A stretch of DNA of 53,567 nucleotides, filler included, from Dirinaria sp. TL-2023a (Eukaryota): the NCBI GenBank assembly GCA_051941275.1. It is 3 parts of 3 records of this genome, joined end to end, with 100 filler letters (N's around TTAATTAATTAA, not from the genome) between each part and the next. Parts side by side here need not be neighbours in the genome. Positions count along the whole stretch, not along the records: positions 1 to 17,817 come from JAVEBF010000411.1; positions 17,918 to 35,733 come from JAVEBF010000412.1; 1 more part is not named here. One strand, 5' to 3'. The notes under the pieces are model-generated. The model was not told the DNA's origin, made no database searches, and saw only the letters and a program-made list of their open reading frames with translations. The position numbers were made by a program, and so were the translations under genes. Below, piece after piece: positions 14,128-26,849 of the stretch (positions within the stretch are counted from its first letter, which is position 1; every line of letters starts with the position of its first letter).

Positions 14128-14575
14128 TCTTACGTTAGTGATTGATGTGTGATACCCAATTAAGATACGCTAGTCTTATCTTGGCAAACGCATTGCCAAC
14201 GGCTCCAGGTTGGACCCCAATTGCTTAAGGCATTATTATTATTACTATTGTGGTTTCGTGGGCTTGTGAACCCTTTGACTGTCCTTTTTTCGAATCTCGC
14301 TTGCATTACCGGCGTCACATATGTACAGTATAATGGCATCATAATGATGTAGCCAGCATACTATCACCAAAACTACCAACAAGAGCAGTGATTGTTCTTG
14401 GTTGGTGGACTATTTTTTAACTCTAAGAGAGCGAGAGGAAGAGAAGCCGGTGGACGATCTTCCGCAACATCAGTCGCACGGCGATCCACACCCTTGCTCA
14501 ATTTGAACCAAAGTCGACCTCTGGATCCTGAACATTTGCGATCATCCGTCCCTTGCCATGATCGCACATTCCACC

Positions 14576-16715
14576 ATGGCACAGCAGCAGAATAGTGGAA
14601 GCAGCACCACGACCAACAGCAATCACCATCCTGCGGCTCGACCGCCAGCTTCCTACCCATCACCTCAGCAGTATCCTTCCCCTTCGATGACTGGCTACGC
14701 GTATCCTCCGCCCAACTCGGGCCAGAGTGAACCAGGATATCGCGCATCGCCGACCGGTTCAAATGTATCACTCCCATCGCTCAATCTGCCTCCTATTCGC
14801 GCCATTGATGGTAGACAGCAGTCGCAACAGCACCCTCCACCAGGGCAGCAGCAGCACGGCGGGCTGCCCACGACTGGTCCCCCACTGCCGCCACCGATGA
14901 CGACGCAGTATTACCCAGGCCACACTCTTCCACCTCCTCAGCATATTCACGTCACATCCGACCCGAACCAGCATTTGCGCTATCCTCTACCACCGCCGCC
15001 CGATGGCAGAGTCATGTCTGGAGGGAGACATAAGAAAGAGATCAAGCGGAGGACCAAAACCGGGTGTCTGACGTGTCGCAAGCGGCGGATCAAGGTAAGG
15101 CGACTCGTTTACCCGTTATGGCGAGTCATTTTCGGCGACTCAAGTCTTTGTTCGGAATTAATGCTAGGAATTTTGGGATTTGAGTTGGGAAAGTTTTGTG
15201 GTTCAAATAGCCCTTGTACCCGAATCTCCCTTGAGTTTCCTCGTTTGCGGTCGGTTAAGTAGTGACTTCCCGCAAGCGAGTCCACTACTACCATCTTGCG
15301 ACTATCTCTCTCCCGCGATTGGATTCGAGTCCCAATTCACGGTTTTCTTCATTCTACCTACCTAACACCCAATGCCCGCTAATTCTTGCTGACTCGGTTA
15401 TTTTCCAACAGTGCGATGAAGCACACCCGGCTTGCCGGAACTGCCAGAAAAGCAAGCGAGAGTGCTTAGGCTACGATCCTATCTTCAAAGCACAACCCGG
15501 TCCCACTGCCATCCAACCTGCTCCAAGCGCTTCTCCCAGTATGTCAGGCACCTCAGCGACCGCTCCCTCTTATCCTCCGCCACACGGCTACATGCCTGCT
15601 GGCTCACAAAACTATCCACCTTCGGCCTCGGCAGGCGCGAATTCACCCCACTCCTCTACTGAACATTACAACAATGACTACAGTGCCGCCATCGATCCGG
15701 CCTTGGAAGCAGGGAGCAACGCTCAGGCGCATGAGGAGAATGCAAGCGATCACGATAGAGGTGAGACCTCCTTGCCCTTTCACCCCATGCTCGAATCAGT
15801 TAATCTGAGAACTCGAGCTAATGGTCCTTTATAGCAAAGAGAAGCAAGGTCGACGAGTTGCTAGCTCTCCGCGGCGTCTCTCCACCTGCGCTAGGAACCA
15901 TCTCTAAACCTCTATCTCCTGCCGTTCTCGATCCAGTCAAAGAAGTCTACGCCCGAGCCTACGGACCAGGACTCGACAAATTCTTCGAGACAAGATGGTT
16001 CCAATCACGCGGACTCCACCATCTGTTGAATGACGCCCACCTGTGTGAGCAAATGGTTGCGCTATTACAACGTTTCTCCATCGACACCTCTCATCCCTCC
16101 TACTTCGCCGCGACAGCCGCCACACAGAGCCTAGAAGCCACAGCGATCTGGGGTATGATGTCGCTAGCTCGGCGTGTGGCGGGAAACTCCAACCCTCCCA
16201 ACGGTCAAGTTAATTACGTGGACGTCAACGAGGGCGTCCACGACGCCGCCAAACGCTTCGAGATCTTTGAAAACCTTGTCTTGGGCCAGTACTTGGAAAG
16301 TAAGCCCGAGCCTGATCCCGAGACATCCCGCAACGGGACCGTCTTCGAAGAACAGCAGAAGAGCCGTGAGCGTGACTTCTGGCGCTACATCCATACCTTC
16401 CTAACGCTGCGGGACGACGAAGCCAGCTCCGCGAAGGAAATCGACGACACGCTAGCGAAATGCCGTGTGGTGTTGGACAGCCGGGAGAACCGAGATGTCG
16501 TCTACAGCATCGTCATCGCCAGGCATCTGGGTGCGAGGGTGGCTGAGTTCCCCAACGATCTGCAGCAGCCGACGAGTAATGAGGAAAACAGCGAGAAGAA
16601 TAAGCTTTATGTTGCCAAGAACTTCATCGAGGGCGAGGCCGGGGGCAAGGGGACGAATCAAGTTATCCAGCGGATCTGTGGGATGGTTGTGCGATCATGG
16701 ACAATGCCACGGTGA
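14576..16715 (+). CDS. Zn(II)2Cys6 transcription factor; 3 exons
   Basis: ATG 14576 in CCACCATGG context (another in-frame ATG at 14558). Introns 15095-15411 and 15761-15834. Spliced cluster RTKTGCLTCRKRRIK|CDEAHPACRNCQKSKRECLGY; Pro/Gln-rich N-terminus. Confidence 0.93.
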
Positions 16716-17817
16716 TGTCTTACGAACGAGCAAGGCTGGAGAGGGAGAGGACGTACACGCAAAAGGGCGTGTTACCACTCAACACCCTCGCAACGAGCAT
16801 CTATAGCGAGAAGAAAGAAACAGGAGGGTTACTTGGGTAGTTCGCTTCAGCTACAGCTTCAGCTTTTTTTTTTTTCTGTCTTCCCAGAATCCTCATGATA
16901 TCCCCCCCTCCCTCAAACGAACCCACTAATGTCCCTAGCATCTATCTCAAGCAAAAAAACTCATCTTACGAGGGCAAGTCACCTTGCCAAAATTTGCTCT
17001 TGGTTGTGAAGCCCCCCCAGCAGGCTGCTTAACAGAACATGGCATGGGCCAGCAAGAATCATGTACTCTTAAATCCTAGCAAATACCAATCATCATCCAC
17101 ACCATCATTAGATGAAAGAGAAATAGAAAGAGGACAGATGAAGAAAGATGATTTGAGAAAAAATCTTTGGCTCTTTTTATTTTCCGCCATCATCAGATTT
17201 ATGTACTTTATCTCTCAAACCCCGACCTGACCCAACACAACCCCTTTTTGCCGGGCTCGGAGAGCCCCCCTCACCACCACCACCACCCCCACCACAGTCA
17301 GCTCTAATATGCGCTGACATGGGCAATCTCGTGCCAAAGATAGATACCTTACGCGAGTACCTAATGTCCTGCTTATGACACCTATCTAGGAGAAACCTAC
17401 ATGTATATGTTATGTCCTCCTTTCTAAACGAGCTATACGGAATCATAATCAGCGGGACGAAGACTCATAGAGAATTGTATAATCCCTACGGGAAAAAAAA
17501 GAATGTAGACCACAAAATCCGGAGAAACCCCGTTTCCTGCTGGCCACACACACATACACAACTCTCTCCCTTCAAATTTTCTTTCCTTTTTCTTTTTGTT
17601 TTCTTTTTTCTTGTTCTTCCTCTTGGACCACGCGTTCCCCCACCCCCTTCCTTTCGCAAAAAATACACATACACACATCGCACACCAAAACCTCTCTCAG
17701 CTCCAGATTGACTCCACGAAACGGACGGACGGACCGAGGGGTGTTAGCAGTATCGCTCCCTTTTATTTTTTTCTTTTATTTTTTCCTTTTTCTCCCCAAT
17801 CCTTCCACATTCCCAAA

Positions 17818-17917
17818 NNNNNNNNNNNNNNNNNNNNNNNNNNNNNNNNNNNNNNNNNNNNTTAATTAATTAANNNNNNNNNNNNNNNNNNNNNNNNNNN
17901 NNNNNNNNNNNNNNNNN
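17818..17917. other. Assembly gap spacer N44-TTAATTAATTAA-N44
   Basis: Exactly 100 nt with a palindromic six-frame-stop core; identical to the spacer at 35734. Confidence 0.97.
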
Positions 17918-18793
17918 GTATCATGATGAGTCACGTAAGTACAGCATTGCAGCAGCCGGAGAAAGGTCGGGCCGGCACACGCTAGCGTTTTCGGCACTAA
18001 GGTAGGTTTGGGTGTACGGAGGACGACACCATAATTCCTGGCTAGCGTCATGTACGCCAAGACCAGTCGTCCAGGTGACTACAGGTAGACTTTGCAAAGC
18101 CTAGGTAACAAATTGGAAGGCTCGGGTGATAAGATTAGGTAGTCTCCCAGGCGACTTTCAGTTGACCCCACCTGTAGCATTGACCGCGCTAGCCAGGACT
18201 TATGGTGTCGACCTCCGTAAGGAGGCTGGAAGGGTAGCTCTCTGCGAGGCATACAATCTAAGTACCCTGGCTTCTTTGGTATTCCCAGCATCAGTAAATG
18301 TCTTCATGTAGCATGAAATGTTCACTTTTGAATCGGAAGTAATTGACTGAAAATTCGATGAACTAAATGGGTCAAACTATCCGTCCGAGACCTGAACAAC
18401 CTGTTCAAACCATATCCTTTGACCACCCTGAGTCCATCCAGCCGGAGACGACGGCTAGTCGCGCCCCTTACCTAAGGCACATTGCGAGGAAGCGTCCCAT
18501 ACAAAGTGAGAGAGTACATGTCCTACCAAATCCTCCAACGCCGTGCTGCCCCAGTTTCGATGAGCTTTCTGCCATCGAAGCAGGCATATGCGAGTGATTC
18601 TATCAAGAGAACCCAAGTATAGCCGCCATTTGAATTCCGATAGACCACCACCCGCTTTGCGTTTGTTGAATGCTGTAACATGGCACGTCAATGGTTCGAG
18701 GCCAGTCAGAGCTGGTTATTGTGCTGGACATTGAGCGAGCTTCGCTGTCCGTGATGACTGACTTGCACATTCCAACTGCGGAGGCAGTGCAGT

Positions 18794-20350
18794 CTACTCC
18801 TGTCTTGTTCTCTTCGCTCCATGTGGGTTCCAGCTCGCGTCAACTGGACCTCCGCCTTGCCCTGTTTGAAAGAAGGCCGGGTTGTACTGACCTAGAGTGG
18901 ATGGATCGAGTCTTAGCATGATTCTCGATTCATAAAGGAGGAAAGAAGCTTCGCGGGCCCCATTTTGCGTGATTCGCCGCCAGAAGTGCCTGGCATATGG
19001 CTCGGACAGCCGAGAACATAACCTGTTGAGGAGTACCGCAAAGCCGGGATCTAAAGGGGAGAAGCCCGTCATACTGGACTCGGGACCCCTCTATTACCGG
19101 TGCTGAAGGCCGATAACATCCAACGGTTCCGATAGTGAATGAAATTCCTTCGGGACTGGCCTCAAACGTAGCCTGCCCGGCCACTTGCGTAAAAGGGAAA
19201 GTCCGAAAGTTGTACATACCTTGCATGCCCACTTGTGGCATACCCATTCCCATGCCGCCCATACCCATGTTACCCATCGGCATACCCATCATGGCGTTCG
19301 GTCCCATGCCTCCTCTACCACCCCGCATGCCCATTGCACCACCTCGCATGACCCCCATCATACCTCCTCGGTTCTGGAAACCACCATATTGTTGCATTCC
19401 TCCCATAGGCGAGCCTTGAAATCCACCCATTGGACTTCCTTGGAAGCCCCCGGTCACCGGCTGCTGGAAGCCTCCCCGGTTGTAGCTTGTCATACCACCG
19501 CCACGGTTATTGTATCCTCCTCCACGGTTGCCACGATAACCACCCGAATTACCAAATCCTGCCTGTTGGTTTCCCATCCCGCCTGCATTACCGTATCCGC
19601 CGGATCCAGATCGATTGTTATTAGCATTTCGCATAGGTCCATCTTTTGGAAGGGTCTTGAAAGGATTCGTGAAGGGATTGGTATAATTGACAGAGAATTT
19701 CTTGCTGTATTGCTGTCCTTCGCCAAAGGACTCGATTCTCTGCTTGACAGCTGTTGCAGCCTGTGGCGATTTGAGCAGAACGTAGGCTTGTCTGTAAGAT
19801 GGAGATACCGACTGTCAGCGCTGGGCAACCTGCAACGCCAGCCGCAAACTTACCCTTTACTCTTGCCATTAACTTTGTGCTCGCTGAAAGTTATATCTTG
19901 TAGCTCATCCTCACATTGACTTTGATTCGCCCAGCCTCGAATATCATCATCATTGACCCACCAATGTAGATCTGATAGAAAGAGGGCGGTCGTTGCGCCA
20001 GGATCAACATATCGGTCATCAGCGCCGTCTTGACGTTTAAGACCTTGAATCTGTGGAGCTTGCTTAGGGAGATGCACCATGTTGTGGCTAGAGTCATCGG
20101 TGCTTGAAATTTTCTGGGCTATATCTGTCAATGGCTCGTTCTCTGACTTGGCCTCGGGCGACGTATGCGTGCCGTTCGGAAGTGATTGTGTCATTTGGTT
20201 GGGAACGGATGGCGATTGCAGAGCATGATGCGTGGAAACCTCAGCCATGTCTTGTACCTTCGCATCTTCCTGTCGTTGCTCGTCCTGCTGGTAATCCTCG
20301 CCACCGTCGCCGTAAATGTCAATATCGAAATTGTCTTCTTCAGTCGCCAT
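18794..20350 (-). CDS. RRM + RGG + Met/Gly-rich protein, Rbp35/CFIm68 (CPSF6/7)-like cleavage factor I subunit; 3 exons
   Basis: ATG 20350 (MATEEDNFDIDIYGD); introns 19853-19792 and 19219-18892. RRM segments LSDLHWW and FSEHKVNGKSKGQAY; RGG repeats; C-terminus YNPAFF..NPHGAKRTRQE. Confidence 0.85.
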
Positions 20351-21252
20351 CTCTACGGAGAAAGACTCGATCGTGCGAATAGTAGTCTTAAGTGTACATT
20401 TGCTAACGAACAACAAGGCCTCTCAATTTTCGAAGTAAAGTACTGGTCTGCAAAGCGCCAGTTGTTGTATTAGCTTCGGAATATTGGGCAAATATTTAAG
20501 GAGAAGGAATCCGCCAAAGGAGGCCGCTCAATGCTAAGCTCTTGCAACCTTGCGCCGCCACTTTCAACCAACATGATGTAGATGTAGGGAGTGACAAAGT
20601 ACGTACATTCGAAGGAAATCTGTAAGGAGAGACAGACGTTGCAAAGGCTTTAGTGATACAGCGGATGGAGATATTGGGGAACAGCGCCTGATGATTTGCT
20701 TTCAGTAAATAAACGCTGCCATCCCTATCCAGTAGAACAGAAGAGTAGCAGCAGCGAAAATAAGTACACAGACTATAGAATACGTCTGTAGCCTTGTTTC
20801 CTGAATTCGTTTTGCATGGCTAAGGATTGGGGTGAGTGACTAGATACAGGAAGCTTGAGGCGATCACAAATGACAGCTGAAGGAGAGCAAAGATAAGAAA
20901 AGGTCATGCGACCGACACTGTGAATTGATCGAGCAGTACTGTTTGGTGGTGAATGGAAAGGAAGGTCAAACAAAGTCAGGCTGTCACAGAGTCAGGGTTC
21001 GAGGGGCTAAACCGGCTTATGTAAGAGCATGTCCGAAACAGGACACTGTTGGGAAAGTCGAGAGATTTCCCACCGTTTTAATCCCCGAAAGGTACTTCAC
21101 TACCTTACTGCACACTTGAACCGCCTTTGTTACCTGTCGCTCATTTGACTGCAGTCCAAGTCTCTTCTCATCAGGACCCCGCAACCTCCATCTCACGCTC
21201 CCGAGCGCGCTTCCTTGAGTACCGTTTTTGTCCCCAGTTCATACTCTTCAAC

Positions 21253-21651
21253 ATGTCCGATCAGCTGAAGGAACTTGCGGATATCCCTAAAGACTTTATG
21301 AGAGATGGAACACAGTTCATGAACCGATGTACAAAACGTGAGAGAGCTACTTCCTCCCCTTGAGGCTGTCAGTACAAAAAGGCAGGAGCTGACCGGAGAT
21401 GAATCTTAGCTGATAAACGAGAGTTCATCAAGATATCCCAGGCTGTTGGTGTGGGCTTTGTGGTCATGGGCGCAATAGGATACGTCGTCAAGTTAAGTAT
21501 GTTTATGCATCGGACAGTGCACAATTTCAGGCAGAGTCCAACATCAGCTATCTCTGCGCGCCACTGTATTTGCTGTTTGGTACTCCTGCTAATGATTTTT
21601 GCTCGAATAGTACACATTCCTGTTAACAATATTCTCGTTGGTGGCGCATGA
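21253..21651 (+). CDS. SSS1: Protein translocon Sec61 gamma subunit; 3 exons
   Basis: Introns 21338-21409 and 21497-21610 give [61 protein letters not shown]. Confidence 0.96.
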
Positions 21652-21930
21652 GCTGGAAATTGGAATACATTACTTAAGTCAATGTATGCCTCGCGTAATG
21701 AAAGAGGCAGACTACCTATGGACGTTTGAAAATTAGTCCCCAGAGGCAGCAATATCACCAAGGCTTTGGTGCGAGTGTTGCCTGTTGTTTATTGCATTTG
21801 TTGTGCCCGGCCAAATGGATAATGGACCCTTATGACTGGGCTATTTAAACCCTGTCGATCTATCCTGTTGCTGAAGCTTCCAGTGTGACGCCTCTGGCAG
21901 ACCTGAGACATGGGTTTGTTCTCTCACTCC

Positions 21931-22871
21931 TCACTCGTGCAGCTCGCATACCCTATCCATGACTTGTATACCCTGATTACTTTTCCGTCTCATCCTCTCA
22001 TCCAGAATCCTGGCGAAATCTTGTGGCACACTCAATGTCTCTACACGGTGAAGATTTCTGAGCTTCCCGAAAGGCTTGAGAATCCGATGTTCCTGGCCAT
22101 CTCTTAGACGCGGGTGGCTAACATTGACGAGGTTGATTGCAATGTTCCTCAGTCGATTCGAGATCTCTAGGACATTGCAAAGCTCGTCCACAGCGGTTTG
22201 GACTATAGAGATATTTTCCTCTCTCTCGTTTTGAACCTGGGCAATAAGTTCCTCGACTGTCACACTTTGCAAGATCTTATCCACTGCCAGATGGTTTCGA
22301 CTTTCGGCGCCGACCACAACAATAACAGCCAGGTGATGCATCTGGTAAATTCGTCTACGGAGATTTGAATTCCACTTGGCCGGCACTGCGTAGTGGTCGA
22401 GGAAAGGTTCGTACTTTGGCTCGCCCATGCAACTGAGATTGCCAAGGTACAACAAGAAAGAATTTACTCTAAAGAGAGCGTCCTCGGACTTTACATGCAT
22501 CCGTCGGCTGGTGCGCAGTAAGCCGGTAGCGATTGTGCTTGATCCGTCACGGACGAATTTTTCGTCACGAGTGATGCGGACGTATTGACGATCTTCGAAA
22601 TACAAGGCAAATCCAAGAATAAGGTCGAGGATCCTACAAAGAAAAAGTCGTGATTTAGCTCAGTTACCGCATATCGGTAGGTTGAGTGTCCATTTGTATA
22701 TTATCGCAAACGAGTATGATGTATCGATATAAAAGATGGAAACTTGTCTGGAATTGACAACGAAATAAGGACTTACTCATCCGGGAGAGCTAGGAGGGCG
22801 GAAGCTGTGCCTTGTTGTGAACTTGCAGGGTCGAGAGGGGTTTCTATGGGTTCCTGAGATGGGGACTCCAT
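21931..22871 (-). CDS. Hypothetical protein with an N-terminal F-box-like motif; 2 exons
   Basis: ATG 22871; intron 22776-22634 (GTAAGT..TAG) yields LLALPDEILDLILGFAL and runs in frame into ORF 21931..22605. Confidence 0.7.
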
Positions 22872-23283
22872 ATTTTAGTCTGTGTAGTGATGAGGGATGG
22901 AATTCGGGGCTGCTCGAAGACAATTACCCCCGGACACGAGCACCTATGAAATTAGAACGAGCGCAAGCAGCTCTGAGCTGATGGAACATGTGAAGAATAG
23001 AATCTACTTTAGATGAATTCTTTCAGATGCCTTAGGGTTACCCGTTGAACCCCCCTCGACCCCAGCGAGCCAGCCTACCTTACCATACCCTTACCTTGAA
23101 GTACAGTAAGGTAACCAGGAGGCAACCTGCTTACCTAAGTCACCTTACTCATACTACCCTTGCTCCCTCGTACCTAGGCGCGCCGTCATTGATCCTTGGA
23201 ACCGAAGAATTTCTAGATCACCATGATACTCTTTGATCAAATTTGCGATCCCCCCCCAATCTGAGATAGGCCGATAGCTGTTC

Positions 23284-24510
23284 ATGCCCTTTAACCCTAA
23301 TGCCACACCGGGGTCTCCAACAAGGTCACATACTCGAGTCACGGCGCCTCTGCCTCAAACGAAAGAGACTGGCGAGGTTTCCCCAATAGCCAGGCAAAAT
23401 GAACCTGCAGCCAAGCCATGGGCACACTTCGTGGCCGGCGGGTATATACCTCTTAGACACGACATTTTCTTAAGACTAATTTCTTCGTTTTCAGGCTTGG
23501 TGGGATGATATCGGCGACTCTTACGTCCCCTCTTGATGTCTTGAAGACCCGTTTACAATCCGACTTTTACCAATCCCAGCTCGAAGCTTCAAGGAAAGCC
23601 AAAGGTATACCTCCGCCCTCTGCGCTTTCCATTCCACGAAGCGCCCTTCTCCACTTTAGCGAGACGTTTCAGATCCTATTCTCGATTCACCGTATAGAGG
23701 GATGGCGGGCGTTGTTCAAGGGTCTCGGACCCAATCTCATAGGTGTTGTGCCGGCCCGGGCAATCAACTTCTATACCTATGGTAATGGCAAGCGCTTGAT
23801 CAGAGAAAAGTTCAACTCTGGGGAAGAGGCAGCTTGGGTGCACTTGACTGCGGCCGCGATCGCGGGTGTGGCAACAGGTACAGCTACGAACCCTATATGG
23901 CTGGTCAAGACTCGGCTTCAACTCGACAAGACAAATGCTGAGAAATTCGGATCACAGCGGACAAGGCAATATAAGAACTCTCTGGACTGTGCAATGCAAA
24001 CGGTACGCAATGAAGGAATTAGAGGACTGTACAGAGGACTTAGTGCCAGTTACCTTGGTGTAACCGAGAGCACCCTGCAATGGGTACTTTACGAGCAGAT
24101 GAAGCTGCATCTTAGGCACCGCCGGGAGCGGCTTACAGCTAGCCGTACGGACCCAACAACGTGGGATCAGACTGTCGATTGGGGTGGAAAGGTTGGAGCA
24201 GCCGGACTGGCGAAGTTCTTCGCAGCTCTTGTCACCTACCCGCACGAAGTGATACGGACCCGTCTGCGGCAGGCACCTTTGGAGGGTGGCCGACTGAAGT
24301 ATACCGGGATTGTCCAGTGTTTTAGGACGATATGGAAGGAAGAAGGCATGGCATCTTTGTACGGAGGTCTGACGCCTCATATGCTTCGGGTGGTCCCCAG
24401 TGCCGCCATAATGTTTGGAATGTGAGTTTGGCCCCTTTTTTCATTCGACTACTTTGCTGATAGAATTAAGGTACGAGGTTATACTGCGACTTTTTGGGAC
24501 CCAGGCATAG
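23284..24510 (+). CDS. RIM2: Mitochondrial carrier, Rim2-type pyrimidine nucleotide transporter; 3 exons
   Basis: Introns 23442-23494 and 24422-24470. Three carrier signatures: PLDVLKTRLQ, PIWLVKTRLQ, PHEVIRTRLRQ. Also WAHFVAGG and PARAINFYTYG. Confidence 0.92.
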
Positions 24511-25127
24511 AGTTCCAAACCAAAAATATCGATGTCAACACTCTCCTCAAAGACTAGCGAGCTTATACTCTGTTAATATTAGATGCCCTGGTGTATAATA
24601 GCTGTATTGATTCCAGAGTTGTATTGTATCGAAGAAGTGGGATAAGCAAAGTCCGCGGTGTACATTAGTACGTGAAACTCTATCGAGGCAGAAAATAACC
24701 AGATGCAAGCGGATCGTCCCACGGCCTGGGTCGTACTATCATGGCCTCAGCCTACGTTTATCAACAGCCAGACCTTTCCAAAGCAAGTACATGTATATTG
24801 ATGGGATCCATGAATCAGCGGCGGCTACAAGTTCTTGAGGCGGTGAACGGATGCGATTGTGGCTACAACTTTTAGTGTTCTTTCGAGTCACCGCCCCCAC
24901 TAAGCACCGTCCGTCGCACCTTTGAGGATAGGGGTTTTAATAACAGAAATTGCTTGCTGCCTAAGACGTTCGAATATTATAATAATCGCCAAAAGCACAA
25001 AATAAGCGCTTACTGAGGACTCCCCTTCTTTCAATGTGAATCTTTTCTCTGTACCTGTTGGCCTGGCAAAGGTGGCTCCTTCTCTGTCGCATCTGCAAAA
25101 TAGTGCTATTTTCATTACGAACTCGAT

Positions 25128-26849
25128 ATGATTTTTCTTTGGACGCCATCGCTGCTGCAAGCTCTGATCTTCACTAGCTTTTGTTACTGGGTCTACTACA
25201 TCTACTGGGACCGGACGACAGGGGCGTCGCGGCGTCGCTTGATCGAGCAGCATAGCTGCAAGCCTGCAAAGAAATTGCCCGGCATAGATTTCCTTCTCGG
25301 CTTGGACAAGTTCTGGGAAGGGTGGCAGAGTATGCGAGAGCACCGAGCCCTCGAACTCACGCAAGATCGATGGCAAAGCAACGGGGTGAAGACGGGCCAG
25401 ATTTGCATCTTGGGTCAAACACTGCTCGCTACCATCGAACCCGAGAATATCAAAACGGTCCTCTCGTTGGATTTCAAATCGTATGAACTGGGCGATATGC
25501 GGAAGAAGACCATGACGCCGCTCCTGGGTGAAGGGATCTTTACCACTGATGGTCCGGCGTGGCAGCACTCTCGAGAGCTGTTGCGGCCGAATTTCGCGCG
25601 CAACCAACTTGTGGAGGATCTGGAGATGTTTGAACGGCATTTACAGCATCTCGTCACTTCGATCCCTGCCGATCGGAGTACGGTGGATTTGCAAGATAAG
25701 TTTTTTGACTTTACGCTGGACGTTGCGACGGAATTTCTTTTTGGTCAGAGCACGAATTGTCAGGCCCCCGGGTCTGAGACAGAGGGTAGTTCTGACTTCG
25801 TCAGCGCGTATGTTTCACTTTTCTCTCCTCTCCTTGGCTTGACGGAACACAGGCCTCTAGACAGAACCTCGGAAATGAAAGCCTATGAAATAAAATTGCA
25901 CTGACTTCGAACTTCGTGTAGCTTCATGTATTGCCAGAACAACATAGAAGGGTCTGGTCCATTAGGAATCCTAGGTCTATTCTTACCAGATCCGCGTTTC
26001 AACAAAGAGTGTAAAGTCGCACACGCTTTCGTCGATCGACTAATAGAGCGAGCTTCTTCAAAACACCAATCAGAACCAGACATGAAACGCTCAACCTTCC
26101 TGCAGCAATTGTCCGCAGAAACATCTGACAAAATCAGGATCCGCTCCGAGCTCCTCAACCTCTTACTAGCAGGCCGAGACACAACTGCGGCTCTGCTCTC
26201 GAACGTATTCTTCATGCTCGCCCGGCTCCCGGATATCCAGAAGCGTCTAAGAAAAGAAATCACCGATATCGTTAGCGATGATGGACTACCCTCATACGAG
26301 AACTTAAAGAACATGAAATACCTCCGAGCAACGCTCAACGAGGCTCTGCGGCTTTATCCCGTCGTGCCTGAGGAATCGCGTCAAGCGATTGCGGACACAG
26401 TGTTGCCGCTCGGTGGAGGCGAAGACGAAGCTTCGCCCGTATTAGTCAAGAAAGGCCAATTGGTCGCCTGGAGTCCTTACACATTACATCGACGTGAAGA
26501 CATTTATGGCGCGGATGCAGCAGAGTTCAAACCGGAAAGATGGTTAGACGGCGAGGGCGGTGAAGGTTCGAAGGGCTTGCGGGTGGGCTGGGAATATGTC
26601 CCGTTTAATGGGGGGCCCAGGATATGTATCGGCCGTAAGTAATCCGCGATATCTAGTCTTCACTGTTCAGCGGCTAATGTTTCGTTGATAGAGCAATTCG
26701 CATTGACAGAGGCTTCGTACGTTACAGCCCGTCTTCTGCAGGAATTCTCCGGCTTAGAATGTCGAGATTCGAGACCGTGGCAGGAACATTTCACGCTCAC
26801 ATGTCAGAATTTGAATGGTTGCAAGGTGGCGATGACGCGGCGATCTTGA
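25128..26849 (+). CDS. Cytochrome P450, CYP52 clan (alkane/fatty-acid hydroxylase-like); 3 exons
   Basis: Introns 25808-25921 and 26635-26691. AGRDTTA I-helix, EALRLYP, FKPERW, heme motif FNGGPRICIGQQFA, GIFTTDG; N-terminal membrane anchor. Confidence 0.93.

Noticed and set aside
13881..14145. Poly-Thr and poly-Leu ORFs
   Set aside because: Translation of the (ACT)n microsatellite.
17862..17873. TTAATTAATTAA palindrome as a biological site
   Set aside because: Centred in N runs and identical at both gaps, so it is an assembly linker.
19185..19919. His-rich 244-aa plus-strand ORF
   Set aside because: Reverse complement of the Met/Gly-rich region of the RRM gene.
24900..25640. 246-aa minus-strand ORF
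   Set aside because: Mostly antisense to P450 exon 1, with no recognisable features.
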